From an uncultured delta proteobacterium (GTDB lineage Bacteria > Desulfobacterota > WTBG01 > CAIYCZ01 > CAIRTM01): a DNA stretch of 64,000 nucleotides. Below the pieces are notes generated by a model. It was not told where the DNA came from, did not search any database, and saw nothing but the letters and a program-made list of their open reading frames with translations. Location of the stretch: the NCBI GenBank assembly GCA_963804955.1, contig CAWDSQ010000024.1, positions 173,423 through 237,422 on the forward strand, written 5' to 3'. Shown one piece after another: positions 22,677-33,851 of the stretch. The translations under genes were made by a program, and so were the position numbers. Numbering within the stretch: the stretch's first letter is position 1; the number at the start of each line of letters is the position of its first letter.

Positions 22677-24059
22677 ATGCAGCACAACGACACCATTACA
22701 GCCATCGCAACGCCGGTTGGCAGCGGCGGCATCGGCATCATTCGACTGAGCGGCCCTGAGGCATGTCACATTGTCGGAAAATTTTTTAAATCAAAAAACT
22801 TTACCCCGGAAGCACTCAGCTCTCATCGCCTTTATTTCGGCATCATCATTGACCCGGTGGACGGCAGCGATCTTGATGAAGCTCTTATCTCCTTCATGAA
22901 GGCCCCGCGCACCTATACCGGCGAAGATGTCGTTGAAATCAACTGCCACAGCGGCATTGTGCTGCTTGATAAAATACTGCGTATGACGATTGATGCCGGG
23001 GCACGCCTTGCCGAAGCAGGTGAGTTCACCCGTCGCGGTTTTCTCAACGGACGGATGGATCTTACACAAGCCGAGGCGGTTATTGATGTTATTGAGGCGA
23101 AATCAGAACTTGGTCTCAAAATCGCTTCCCGCCAGCTGACAGGGAAACTCGCACAGCGTATTGACCATCTGTACGACAATCTTTTGACTATCACCGCCAC
23201 AGTTGAGGCCGCTATTGACTTTCCCGAGGATGATATCCTGATTGCCGCGGCGCCGGTTCTGGCCGCTCAGATACAGGCTGTCCAGGAAGCTGCCGGCGGA
23301 CTGATCGCTACATTCCACGACGGCTGTCTCTATGCAAGCGGCGTACAGACGGTTATTACCGGAAAACCCAATGTCGGCAAATCAAGCATCCTGAATGCGC
23401 TGCTGGGAGATGAGCGGGCCATCGTTACTGCCATTCCCGGCACGACCAGAGATCTCATTCAGGAAACCATGACCATCGGCGGCATGCCGATACACCTTAT
23501 CGATACAGCCGGCCTGAACGACAGCGATCAGGAAATTGAGGTTGCGGGCATGGAGCGGGCTCGCGTAAAAATAGCCCATGCCGATATTGTGCTGCTGGTC
23601 CTTGATGCAAGCATGCCGCTTGATCATGCCGATCACGCGGTGGCAGGTCTTCTTGCCAATAAAAACCTTATCATCGTCATGAACAAAACCGATTTACCTG
23701 CTGCCTGGGAACCCGGGCAGCTCCCCGGGTTTCTGCCTGCAGCCGGCACCGTCGCAGTGTCAGCCCTGCGCCATACTGGCATCGTGCAGCTTAAACAGGC
23801 CATTTCACATATGGTCGGCAAACATGGCGGCATTTCCCCTTCAGACATTCTCATCGCCAATGCCAGGCATCGCTCTGCCCTTGAAAAAACGCGTGCCGCA
23901 CTCGGACAGGCTGTCTCGGGTTTGCTGTGCGACCGCGCTCCTGAGCTGATTTCGATAGATCTGCATACCGCACTTGATGCTCTCGGAGAGATCACCGGCA
24001 GGACCACTGCCGAGGATATTCTCGATGTCATTTTCAGCCGTTTCTGCATAGGAAAATGA
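22677..24059 (+). CDS. mnmE: tRNA modification GTPase MnmE
   Basis: DTITAIATP, GKPNVGKSS, GTTRD, DTAG, NKTD, C-terminal FCIGK. Confidence 0.97.
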   Translation: MQHNDTITAIATPVGSGGIGIIRLSGPEACHIVGKFFKSKNFTPEALSSHRLYFGIIIDPVDGSDLDEALISFMKAPRTYTGEDVVEINCHSGIVLLDKILRMTIDAGARLAEAGEFTRRGFLNGRMDLTQAEAVIDVIEAKSELGLKIASRQLTGKLAQRIDHLYDNLLTITATVEAAIDFPEDDILIAAAPVLAAQIQAVQEAAGGLIATFHDGCLYASGVQTVITGKPNVGKSSILNALLGDERAIVTAIPGTTRDLIQETMTIGGMPIHLIDTAGLNDSDQEIEVAGMERARVKIAHADIVLLVLDASMPLDHADHAVAGLLANKNLIIVMNKTDLPAAWEPGQLPGFLPAAGTVAVSALRHTGIVQLKQAISHMVGKHGGISPSDILIANARHRSALEKTRAALGQAVSGLLCDRAPELISIDLHTALDALGEITGRTTAEDILDVIFSRFCIGK

Positions 24060-24265
24060 TGCCGGGGCCTGCCCTTTGACGCCTGCTGCTCAAGAGCTGG
24101 CTATCGAGGCCTCTTTCGCAGCCTGAAATTCTCCGGCGCCTTCTTCGCGCAGGCTGATGCACTGACACATGCCACAGCCCCGATGCAAAACGCCGGAAAA
24201 TTCCTGCTCGCCGCTGGGGGCAGACATATACCCGCGAATAAAAAAGGCTGACGGCATCTGCCGAT

Positions 24266-25189
24266 TCACCGTATGGAAGAGAATTCAAGAGAGTGCACCA
24301 TGCGGGTCAGCATGCAGTTTACCGGCGCTGCAAGGCCAAGACGACTGGCGTATTCCACAATAACACCGTTGATGCTATCGATTTCGGTACGCCTGCCCGA
24401 GCCGATATCCTGCTGCATTGAAGAAAAATTTTCAGCGGTGGCATAACAGACTTCCGTGGTTCGATCTACCGGATCGGGATAGGGCAATGCAATGCCCAGC
24501 CGTTGCGCCACAGCAGCCCCCTCGAGAACGGCCCGGCGCATAACCGAATGCAGCGGCGCCATATCTCCCACCCTGCCGTTTTTTACACCCATGATTGCAG
24601 TCAGTGCGTTGATGCCGGCATTTACCAGCAGCTTGCCCCAAAGCACCGGCTGTATGTCTTCAGCCAGGGCCGTCGGGACACCTGCGCTTTGAAAAATTTC
24701 CTGCACAGCATGCGCCCGCACGGCCCCTTCCGGCACAAGAGGGCCTATCACTGTTTCGCCCCTGCCTGCATGCCGCACCCTGCCATTGCCCAGAAGTGTT
24801 GCCCCATGTGCCGTGGTTCCGGCAAGGATCAAAGACTGCGGCACAAAGCCGGTGATGGCCTCGATATTACCCAGGCCGTTCTGCAGCGTCAGCACCGTTG
24901 TCTGCGGGCCGATTACCGGCAGAGATGCTTGTACTGCAGCTGCGGTATCATATGCTTTCACGAGCAGTATGAGCACATCGGCAATGCCTGCATCAGCCGC
25001 ATGTGCCGTGACAGCGGGCCTGGCGACTGAAAGCACAGCGCCGTCACGCTCTATGCTGAGCCCTGAGCAGCGTATCGCATCCACCCTTCCGGCATCCTTT
25101 TCAAACAGCCACAGCTCATGCCTGGATCCCGCAAGCAAGCCTGCAAACAAACACCCCATAGCTCCGGCGCCTGCAATGACTATCTTCAT
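24266..25189 (-). CDS. panE: 2-dehydropantoate 2-reductase
   Basis: GAGAMG, VKAY, LQNGLG, WGKLLVN, SSMQQD, RTEIDSING. Confidence 0.92.
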   Translation of the reverse strand: MKIVIAGAGAMGCLFAGLLAGSRHELWLFEKDAGRVDAIRCSGLSIERDGAVLSVARPAVTAHAADAGIADVLILLVKAYDTAAAVQASLPVIGPQTTVLTLQNGLGNIEAITGFVPQSLILAGTTAHGATLLGNGRVRHAGRGETVIGPLVPEGAVRAHAVQEIFQSAGVPTALAEDIQPVLWGKLLVNAGINALTAIMGVKNGRVGDMAPLHSVMRRAVLEGAAVAQRLGIALPYPDPVDRTTEVCYATAENFSSMQQDIGSGRRTEIDSINGVIVEYASRLGLAAPVNCMLTRMVHSLEFSSIR

Positions 25190-25278
25190 AAAAACAACAG
25201 CCCGAAAAGATTTTCTATGCTAAACAGACCATGCATATAACGCTCCCCGTGCCGGCTGAAATTCCGCCTAAAAATGGC

Positions 25279-25307
25279 TTGACAATTAAAGGGGTAAAAT
25301 ATAAGCT
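25279..25307 (+). promoter_or_regulatory. Putative sigma-70 promoter of the redox operon
   Basis: TTGACA-N17-TAAGCT. Confidence 0.5.
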
Positions 25308-25394
25308 TACAATCTAATTTTATAACTGGTCATAGCATATTCATCAACTATAATTTTGCTTAAATTCATTTAAAATCGCAAAGGAGACCCAACT

Positions 25395-25674
25395 TTGATC
25401 AGCAAAACATTCAAGCAGGAAAAAGTGGGCTGTCAATTGCTGGAAGCAGGGCAAGCGCAGCCTTATACGCCGGGAACCAAGCCGCGAACTTGGGCCTGTC
25501 TGGGACAAGTCATTGTGCGTGCGTTGCGCACTCTGCTATATTTACTGCCCCGACGCAGCCATCAGCCGTCAGGAAGACGGGTATTATGATGTTGATATCA
25601 AATTGTGCAAGGGATGCGGCATCTGTCATCGCGAGTGCTGGTTCGGCGCCGTCAGCATGCAGGAGGTTGAATAA
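25395..25674 (+). CDS. 2[4Fe-4S] protein, oxoacid:ferredoxin oxidoreductase delta (PorD)-like; frameshift near 25490
   Basis: Alternate frame reads PVWDKSLCVRCALCYIYCPD...CKGCGICHRECWFGAVSM. Confidence 0.8.
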
Positions 25675-26396
25675 TGGATACATACACACTTTATGCAGCA
25701 CAGTTCTTACCTTTCAAGGAACATTTCAACCCCAAAGGGCATAATGCCTGCAAGGGATGCGGCGTGGCACTGGCCGTACGGCAGGTCTACAAATCACTGG
25801 AAGGCAGCAGTGCAAATATCGAGCAGGCGAAATGGCAGATACCGTGGCAGGAAAGCATTATTGTAGCATCCGGCGCCATTGCTGCAGGCTCTCAGCCTGC
25901 GCTGCTGAGCATTGCCAAGAAAGACGGCTCTCTGTATATCTGCTTCGACAACGAAAGCACCGACGGCAAGGTAGACAAAGCTGTGATGATGAAAAAGCTT
26001 CCGGCAGTAGCCAGCGCCAGCGGGTGCGACTATACCGCTACAGCATGCCCGAGCCATCCCTTCGACCTTATGGAAAAAATTCGCAAAGCCTGGGACTGCG
26101 CCGGATCAGCCTTTGTGCATATCCTGTGCCCCTGCCCGGTCGGATGGGGATTCGAGGCTGAAAACTCGGTTAAGGTCGGGAGAAAGGCTGTTGAGAGCCT
26201 TGTGTTCCCGCTCTATGAAATAGCCCAGGGATACTATAAAATCACCTGCGAAGACTCAAAGCCGCAGTCGGTTGCAGCCTATGTGAAGGCACAGACCCGC
26301 TTTGCCGGCTGGAGCGCAAAAAAAATTACGGCCCTGCAGGAAGAAGTCAATGCAAACCTTGATCTTCTGAAAAGCAAAACCCAAAAAACGCTCTGA
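25674..26396 (+). CDS. Shortened PorB (beta-subunit)-like protein
   Basis: GHNACKGCG, ICFDNE, YTATACPS, HILCPCPVGWG, FPLYE; GDG motif missing. Confidence 0.7.
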   Translation: MDTYTLYAAQFLPFKEHFNPKGHNACKGCGVALAVRQVYKSLEGSSANIEQAKWQIPWQESIIVASGAIAAGSQPALLSIAKKDGSLYICFDNESTDGKVDKAVMMKKLPAVASASGCDYTATACPSHPFDLMEKIRKAWDCAGSAFVHILCPCPVGWGFEAENSVKVGRKAVESLVFPLYEIAQGYYKITCEDSKPQSVAAYVKAQTRFAGWSAKKITALQEEVNANLDLLKSKTQKTL

Positions 26397-26441
26397 GCAC
26401 AAGGCGCTGAAACAAAATAATTCAATAGTAGGGAGTTTATA

Positions 26442-27101
26442 ATGTCAGAGGCAACTGCTATAACCTGGTCAGGCAAAAGCGAAGCCATGTTTGAAATCAT
26501 GCTCGGCGAAGTTCCTGAGGCGATGAGGGAGGTTTTCCGCGGAAAACTGTCTGCCGTGATCGCACAGAAAGCCCAGGGCGGCCCGACTCTCGAGGACCAT
26601 GTTAAGGCCGTGGTCACCGAAATAGTACCTGATCCGTTCAAAACCGCTATTCTCAAAAAATTCAAGGAGCTGGGCGATTTTGACATAAAAGTCATCGATG
26701 AAATCATCAAAAAGCACGGCACGTCGCAGGATAAGCTCATGTACATTCTGCACGATATACAGGATGAAGTGAGCTATTTGCCTGTTGAAGCCCTGCGCGC
26801 CGTGAGCAACAAAACAGGTATCAGTTTGAGCACCATCTACAATGTGGCGACATTCTATAAAACCTTCAGACTCACCCGCCCGGGAAGCCATCATGTAAAA
26901 GTCTGCTGCGGCACAGCCTGCCACCTCAATGACAAAAACGGCATTGCGCGGCAGATTGAAGAAAAAGTGACTGCTTCACCGGCCGTCAGCATGGAAAAAA
27001 CCCTGTGCATGGGCTGTTGCGACTGCTCCCCGGCCGTTGAAATCGACGGCAGAATTTACACGGGCGACGAGGCAAAAGCCAAAATTGAAGCACTTGCATA
27101 A
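26442..27101 (+). CDS. NuoE/HydC-like [2Fe-2S] subunit with N-terminal extension
   Basis: ILHDIQ..YLP, VATFY, CCGTAC...CMGCC. Confidence 0.85.
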   Translation: MSEATAITWSGKSEAMFEIMLGEVPEAMREVFRGKLSAVIAQKAQGGPTLEDHVKAVVTEIVPDPFKTAILKKFKELGDFDIKVIDEIIKKHGTSQDKLMYILHDIQDEVSYLPVEALRAVSNKTGISLSTIYNVATFYKTFRLTRPGSHHVKVCCGTACHLNDKNGIARQIEEKVTASPAVSMEKTLCMGCCDCSPAVEIDGRIYTGDEAKAKIEALA

Positions 27102-27133
27102 GAGCATTAACCGCGTTACTGACGAGGAATAAC

Positions 27134-28830
27134 ATGAAAGTACAGACAGCAGAAGATTTAGCAAAGGCAAAGGAACAGGGTAACAAAACGCTCTTCCCCG
27201 GCACAGTGCGCATTAATGTCGGCATGTCAACCTGCTGCATTGCAAAAGGCGCCGATGTGGTGCTCAGCGCGCTTGAGTACGGATTGAAATCACGGGGCAT
27301 GAAGGCCGAAGCTAGCAAAAGTAGGCTGCAGCGGCCTGTGCCATATGGAGCCGACCGTTGAAATTCAACAGCCGGGCAAATCAAAAATCATCTATGGCAA
27401 TGTTAAAGAACAGGATGTAAACCGGTTGCTTGATGCTGTCGCAGCCGGCAGCGTGGTTGAAGACATGGCTTTTGCCCGTATCGACAGTGAAGACCATGCG
27501 CTGGTGGGTGAAATAAAGTATCAGTACAGCGCTGATGCAGGCTCCTCTGCTTCTGTCAACTCCGTCAATGATATCGAATTCCTGAAGGCGCAGCGCAAAG
27601 TTATCCTGCGCAATGCCGGCAGCATCAATCCTGAAAACATTTATGAATACATAGCGCGCGATGGCTATGCTGCTCTTGCCAAGGCTATTGCCATGAAGCC
27701 TGAAGCCATCATCAAGGAAATTATTGATGCGGGGCTGCGCGGCCGCGGCGGCGGCGGCTTCCCTGCAGGCCTCAAGTGGAAAGCCTGCCGCGAGTCCGCA
27801 GGTTCGGAAAAATACCTTATTTGCAATGTCAGTGAAGGGGAACCCGGCATCGGCATGCATCGCAGCTTCCTTGAGTCAGATCCGCACTCGGTACTGGAAG
27901 GTCTCATTATCGGCGGATTTGCCATCGGCGCCAGTACCGCCTATGTGTACATCCGCGATAATTACCGCATAGCCCTCAAGCGGTTCCAGAAGGCCATAGA
28001 TGATGCCACTGAAATGGGACTTCTCGGCGACAATATTCTCGGATCATCCTTCAGCATGACGGTTAAAGTAAAAGAAGGCGGTGGACGTTTTGTCTGCGGT
28101 GAAGAAACCGCGCTCATCGCCTGCATCGAGGGCCGCATTGGAGAACCCTGCCAGAGACCTCCCTTTCCGGTTGAAAAGGGCCTTTTCTCCAAGCCAACCT
28201 GCATAAACAATGTTGAAACCTGGGCCAATGTTCCGGTCATTATTTCTAAGGGCAGCGCGTGGTACAAAACAATCGGAAGCGAAACAAGCAAAGGAACCAA
28301 AGTACTGTCACTTTCGGGCAATATAGCCCGGGCTGGCATGATTGAAGTGGCTATGGGCACCTCGCTCAAGGATGTTGTGCACACAATCGGCGGCGGTAGT
28401 CCCGGCGGCAAAAAGCTCAAAAGCATTACAAACCGGCGGACCGTCAGGAGGCGTCATTCCCGCAAGCCTTGATACTCTCACGGTTGACTATGATTCGCTT
28501 AAAAGCGCAGGAACGATGCTTGGCTCAGGCGGCATTGTTATTATGGATGAAACAACGGATATGGTTAAAATCGCGCGCTATTTGACCGACTTTTTCGTAC
28601 AGGAATCCTGTGGAAAATGCGTGCCCTGCCGGGAAGGGGTATGCAGAATGTGCGCCATGCTCGACGAAATTATCGCAGGTCGCGGCACGGCACACGACCT
28701 GTCCCTGCTGCAGGAAATGTCAGATCCCATAATAAGCGCCTCAGCATGTGCTCTGGGAAAAACAGCGCCCATACCTGTTCTCTCATCGCTCAAACATTTC
28801 CGCGACGACTACACTGCTTATATTAAATAA
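27134..28830 (+). CDS. NuoF/HydB-like FMN/NAD(P)H-binding subunit (frameshifts near 27320 and 28425)
   Basis: GLRGRGGGGFP, FVCGEETAL, NNVETWANV, QTGGPSGG, ESCGKCVPCREG...CALG. Confidence 0.9.
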
Positions 28831-28844
28831 AACACAGCATCACC

Positions 28845-28880
28845 CAAAAAAGCCCATCCGCATCCGGATGGGCTTTTTTT
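28845..28880 (+). terminator. Rho-independent terminator
   Basis: AAAAAAGCCCATCCG-CATC-CGGATGGGCTTTTTT. Confidence 0.85.
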
Positions 28881-29110
28881 GTGCCCGGCCGCACGAAGTA
28901 ATACGACAAGCATTCACGCATACCGTATCAGTGCCCTCCATTTTATAACAATAATCTACCATACATATTTCCTACTGAAAAAAGAGGCTTTTATTCCAAT
29001 AAATGCATTTTTATTCCATTTTGGAACAAGTCTGACGAGAAAGCCTTGGATGCAAATAAAAAAAACACTGCAATTACAAATAGTTAATTTTTTTTATAAA
29101 AAAAACACAG

Positions 29111-29126
29111 CGGCACGCTATTTGCT
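29111..29126 (+). promoter_or_regulatory. Sigma-54 (-24/-12) promoter
   Basis: CGGCACGCTATTTGCT has GG-N10-GC spacing, about 40 nt upstream of the sigma-factor start. Confidence 0.72.
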
Positions 29127-29165
29127 ATTCATAACAGTTGAACTTTAAAGTAAAGGGGCAATGGT

Positions 29166-30533
29166 ATGAATACAAAAAATGAAGCACTTAACGAAGAACA
29201 TTTTGAAGACATGTTGATGGATGCAACCGAATGTCTGGAAACTGAAGATTGTAATGACAGCGAAATAGAGACTCCTGAAGTATCTCAGGGGTCAGACATG
29301 CACGATAAAAGCTCACATGGAAATGTTATAACGGCCTATCTCAATGAAATAAAAACGTGGCCTGTTGTGTCGCGCGATAAAGAGATGGATCTGGCCATTG
29401 CCTATTCTGAAGCAGACAAAAAAAAACACGCTGTCATCAGGCAGTGGGCTCTCAGTTTTTCTTCAATTATAGACTGGAAAAAAATATCCGCTGCAGCCAA
29501 ACAGGAATCGCAGGATAAAAATACCGTAAAAATACTTGAACTGCTGCAAAAAATACAAACGGCGCACCGTACCGTATTGGCGGTTGAGGCAACACTTGAA
29601 AAAGAAAAGCACAGTTACTACAAAAGCAAAAAACTTTGCAGGGAAAAAGCGGTGGCAGTACTTGAGACCGATGATATTTGCATGCATATGGATTTACTGC
29701 GAACATACAAATCAGGAGTTGTAAAAAAGCTCTACCCTTTTATTAATCCGGCTAAAGTGCACAAAGCCAGAAAAAACATCCTGTCTTTGCTGCGCCAGTA
29801 TCTCAAGGCCGACCGTAATGCAAAAAAAGCAAAAAATGAACTGGTCGGTTCAAATCTTCGTCTTGTGGTTGGTATAGCAAAAAAATATGCCACCCGCGGA
29901 CTTCCTCTTTCGGATTTGATTCAGGAAGGCAATATAGGGCTTATGCGGGCCGTGGAAAAATTTGACTACCGGCTTGGCAACCGTCTGAGCACCTATGCAA
30001 GCTGGTGGATACGCCAGACCATAATCAGGGCAATAGAAGACAAGTCGTCAACGATAAGAATTCCCGTTTATATAAACGATAAAATCAAAAAACTGCTGCA
30101 CGAATCAAAAAACGATGCGCAGCTCCTGCACGCTGAGAGCGCTGTTGGTGGCGCCGATAATGAAACAGTCAATGTTCATTTTGCCCTTCAGATCACACGG
30201 GACCCTCTCTCGCTGGAAACACCCTTTGGTGAGGATGGCAGCAACCTGCATGAATGCATTGCCGCAACCATGCCGCAATCACCTATTGAACATGTGCTCA
30301 AGTATCAGCTTGAACATGAAACCGAGGAAATGCTTAAATGCCTGTCACCCCGGGATGAAAGAATTCTTCGTATGCGGTTTGGGCTTGGTGTTGACGGAGA
30401 GCATACACTTGAGGAAATTGGTGAAAAATTCGGCATTTCACGCGAGCGCGTTCGCCAGATAGAAACAACGGCGCTGCAACGTATAAAGGCTTCGACATGC
30501 TCGGAGGTTTTACGGCCATTTCTGGTCAATTGA
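29166..30533 (+). CDS. RpoD-like sigma-70 factor (probable alternative, group 2)
   Basis: [49 protein letters not shown]; region 3 appears shortened. Confidence 0.88.
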   Translation: MNTKNEALNEEHFEDMLMDATECLETEDCNDSEIETPEVSQGSDMHDKSSHGNVITAYLNEIKTWPVVSRDKEMDLAIAYSEADKKKHAVIRQWALSFSSIIDWKKISAAAKQESQDKNTVKILELLQKIQTAHRTVLAVEATLEKEKHSYYKSKKLCREKAVAVLETDDICMHMDLLRTYKSGVVKKLYPFINPAKVHKARKNILSLLRQYLKADRNAKKAKNELVGSNLRLVVGIAKKYATRGLPLSDLIQEGNIGLMRAVEKFDYRLGNRLSTYASWWIRQTIIRAIEDKSSTIRIPVYINDKIKKLLHESKNDAQLLHAESAVGGADNETVNVHFALQITRDPLSLETPFGEDGSNLHECIAATMPQSPIEHVLKYQLEHETEEMLKCLSPRDERILRMRFGLGVDGEHTLEEIGEKFGISRERVRQIETTALQRIKASTCSEVLRPFLVN

Positions 30534-30610
30534 ATATGCCCTGACAGGCAACTCGTCAAATCAGGCGCCCGTCATAGTAAGCTGCAGCCCCTGCAGTTGA
30601 GCTGAATACC

Positions 30611-31964
30611 CTATGCACGTTCAAGGCCATATTCTTTAATTTTACGCCACAGCGTATTATAGCCGATACTGAGCCTTTTAGCCGCCTCCCGCTGATTCCA
30701 GCCGCAGTGAACAAGCATTTCCTCTATGTGGTGGCGTTCAAGATCACGCAGAGTCATGTGCGAAAAATTATACGACTGCGCTTTCCTGCCATTATAGTTT
30801 TCAAGCAGTATATCATCGGATGTCAGCTCATCAGTCTCCACCAGAATCATGGCCCGCTCAATAGTATTTTCAAGCTCTCGAACATTGCCTGGCCAGTCGT
30901 ACAACTCCAGTTTTTGTATCGCGTCTTTGGAAAACCCGATTAATTTCCTGTCTGTACGTTTGCAGTATCGCTCTACAAAAAAACGGGCAAGCGGCAGGAT
31001 ATCTTCACGACGCTCCGCAATAGGTGGAATATACAGAGGAATCACATTGAGCCTGAAATAAAGATCCTGACGAAAACGCCCATCCTCAACCAGCTGCTTG
31101 ATCGGGACATTGCTTGAAGCAAGCACGCGGACGTCGATGACGATATCCTTTGTATCCCCGACGCGCCGTATTTCATTCTCCTGCAGAACGCGCAGCAGCT
31201 TCACCTGAAACGCCGGGCTGGTTTCCCCTATTTCATCAAGAAATATTGTGCCTCCATTTGCCTCTTCGAAAAGTCCTTTTTTCGTAATATTGGCGCCGGT
31301 AAATGCTCCCTTGACATAGCCGAACAGCTCACTTTCAAGCAGTGTTTCAGGAAGAGCCCCGCAATTGATTGCCACAAAAGGGCCGTCGCTTCGAAGGCTG
31401 TAATTGTAGATGGCATGGGCGATAACCTCTTTGCCGGTGCCGCTTTCGCCTTCAATGAGCACCGTTGAGGACGACTTGGCAACGCGCCTTACCATAGTCA
31501 AGAATTTTCTGCATCGCCGGGCTTGTTGCTACAATATTGTCGAATTTGAACAAATCATTAACCTGGCTTCTCAAATTCTTGACTTCGGCGACAAGGCGCT
31601 GCCGTTCAATCGCCTTGTGCACCACAAGATTGAGCTCAGTCAGGTCTATAGGCTTCGTTATATAATCAAAGGCCCCCTGCTTCATTGCCTGAACAGCAGA
31701 GTCCACCGAACTGTTGCCGGTTATTATAATCACCTCGGTGTGCGGAGCAACCTCTTTGACTTTTTTCAGTATATCGATACCGGTAACAGAGTCAAGCATG
31801 AGGTCGGTTATAACAACATCGAAGATATCCTCCTGCAGTATCTGCAGAGCGCGCATGCCATCGCTTTCTTCCCGCACAGAAGCACTCTGCCTGAGAAAAA
31901 ACTTGGACAGCATGCTGAGCGTTGACTCATCGTCATCAATCAATAAAATATGTTGTTTTTTCAT
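30611..31964 (-). CDS. Sigma-54 response regulator, NtrC/AtoC-like (frameshift near 31495)
   Basis: Receiver, [30 protein letters not shown], Fis-type HTH. Confidence 0.92.
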
Positions 31965-32282
31965 TGTGTTAGGCGAGTAATAAAAAGTTCCCCTCTGATA
32001 CCTGCATGGGTTTTCAACATGTGTCAAACATACTACTAGCACAACCGCCGTGCGCCGTGCAAGATTGAATTAAAAAAAGAAGGGCTTGCAAAGGTTTGAG
32101 CTAAAAGCTTAAAATTAATTGCTTGACAAAAAGAAAAAAATGAACTAATTATCACTTCTTTAATTATCATAGATAACATCCTCCCCAAAACCTCTACGGC
32201 TCGGGGTAGAATTATCAAAGCGACAGTTCCGCTAACAACAGTAACTCAACCGGCTCAACACGTAACCTGCAAGGAGTGTATT

Positions 32283-32600
32283 ATGTACGCCATCGTGAAA
32301 ACGGGTGGTAAGCAGTATCGGGTCGCCCCTGGCGACAGCCTAATGATTGAAAAGCTTGAAGGTGAGCCCGGCTCCAGTGTCGAGTTCACTGACGTGCTCA
32401 TGGTTGCTCCGGAAAACGGGAAAAACATTCACATTGGCACACCGATTGTTGCAAACGCCAAAGTATCAGCCGAAATCAAACGCCAGACAAAAGGCAAGAA
32501 GGTAATTATCTTCAAGTCAAAACGCCGAAAAGGCTATCGCAAAAAAACCGGCCACCGTCAGCTACTTACCGAAGTGACCATAAAGGATATTAGTTTATAA
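32283..32600 (+). CDS. rplU: 50S ribosomal protein L21
   Basis: MYAIVKTGGKQYRV...KTGHRQ. Confidence 0.97.
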   Translation: MYAIVKTGGKQYRVAPGDSLMIEKLEGEPGSSVEFTDVLMVAPENGKNIHIGTPIVANAKVSAEIKRQTKGKKVIIFKSKRRKGYRKKTGHRQLLTEVTIKDISL

Positions 32601-32632
32601 TATCCAAACCATTCTTATCAGGAGGATGTATT

Positions 32633-33028
32633 TTGAAAGGATACGAACTCTGCATAATTTTCCAGCCGGAGGCAAGCGATTCCGTCATGGATGAATTGTT
32701 CAGCGCCCTGGGGGCAGTCGTTGCTAAATATAACGGCTCTATGCTTAAAACCGAAAAATGGGGCAAGCGCAATTTAAAATATGCCATCAAAAAGCATACA
32801 AAAGGCAATTTCTGCTTCCTTTTCTTTACCGGTACGGCTGAAACGCTCAAAGACATTGACCGAACTGTGCGCTATAATGAACAGATTATTCGCTATACAG
32901 TGCTCAAGCTCGAAAAAAACTTTACCCCTGCTGTTATTGAAAGCGCACTGACTGCTGCTGAGACCTCAATACAGGCTGAAGCGCCTGTAGAGGCAGTCGA
33001 ACCCGCTGCAACGACAGCAGAAGCGTAA
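32633..33028 (+). CDS. rpsF: 30S ribosomal protein S6
   Basis: YE..IFQP, WGKRNLKYAIKK. Confidence 0.92.
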   Translation: MKGYELCIIFQPEASDSVMDELFSALGAVVAKYNGSMLKTEKWGKRNLKYAIKKHTKGNFCFLFFTGTAETLKDIDRTVRYNEQIIRYTVLKLEKNFTPAVIESALTAAETSIQAEAPVEAVEPAATTAEA

Positions 33029-33097
33029 AAGCGTCACAACTATACAACCAAACCGCTCACAGCCTTTTGAACATACAGTCACCGGTAGGAGGTCAAG

Positions 33098-33349
33098 TTG
33101 ATTAAACGGAGAACACAAAAAAGAAAACCATTCTATACCAAGCGTAAAATCTGCCGCTTCTGCTCGGACAGCAACCTTGATATAGCATATAAAGACTACA
33201 ACACACTGCGGCACTTCATCACCGAACGCGGAAAGATCATTCCCCGCAGAATTTCCGGAAACTGCGCCAAGCATCAGCGGGAGCTGGCCAGGGCGATAAA
33301 GCGCGCCCGCGTGCTTTCGATCATGCCTTTTTCCGTAACATCCTTTTAA
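33098..33349 (+). CDS. rpsR: 30S ribosomal protein S18
   Basis: [26 protein letters not shown]. Confidence 0.96.
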   Translation: MIKRRTQKRKPFYTKRKICRFCSDSNLDIAYKDYNTLRHFITERGKIIPRRISGNCAKHQRELARAIKRARVLSIMPFSVTSF

Positions 33350-33388
33350 TACTATTTTAATGCACCTATCAGGTAAGGGGCCTCAACA

Positions 33389-33832
33389 ATGAAAGTGATT
33401 TTGACTGAAGATGTAGCGCATCGCGGTTCCGCAGGCGACATGTTGAAAGTTAAGGACGGCTATGCCCGAAATTTTTTGATACCAAACGGCATGGCAATAA
33501 TAGCAACAACAGAAAATGTCAAGCAGCTTGAGCACCAGAAGCGCCAGGTTCAGGCAAAGCTGAACAAGCTAAAAAAAGAATCGGAAGGCGTTGCAAAAAA
33601 AATAGAAGGCATTTCCTGTACGATAGCGCGGGCTGCCGGCGAAGAGGATAAGCTCTTCGGTTCCGTCACCTCAGCCGACATTTACACCAGCCTCAAAAAT
33701 GAAGGCATTGAAGTAGACAAAAAGAAAATACTGCTCGATGAGCCGATCAAAAACCTGGGCATTTTCACCGTGCCCATTAAAATACATGCTGAAGTAACCG
33801 CCAATCTGAAAGTATGGGTTGTCAAAGAATAA
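33389..33832 (+). CDS. rplI: 50S ribosomal protein L9
   Basis: VKDGYARNFLIP, KLFGSVT. Confidence 0.96.
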   Translation: MKVILTEDVAHRGSAGDMLKVKDGYARNFLIPNGMAIIATTENVKQLEHQKRQVQAKLNKLKKESEGVAKKIEGISCTIARAAGEEDKLFGSVTSADIYTSLKNEGIEVDKKKILLDEPIKNLGIFTVPIKIHAEVTANLKVWVVKE

Positions 33833-33851
33833 GGAGCCTCGGGGCAACTTC

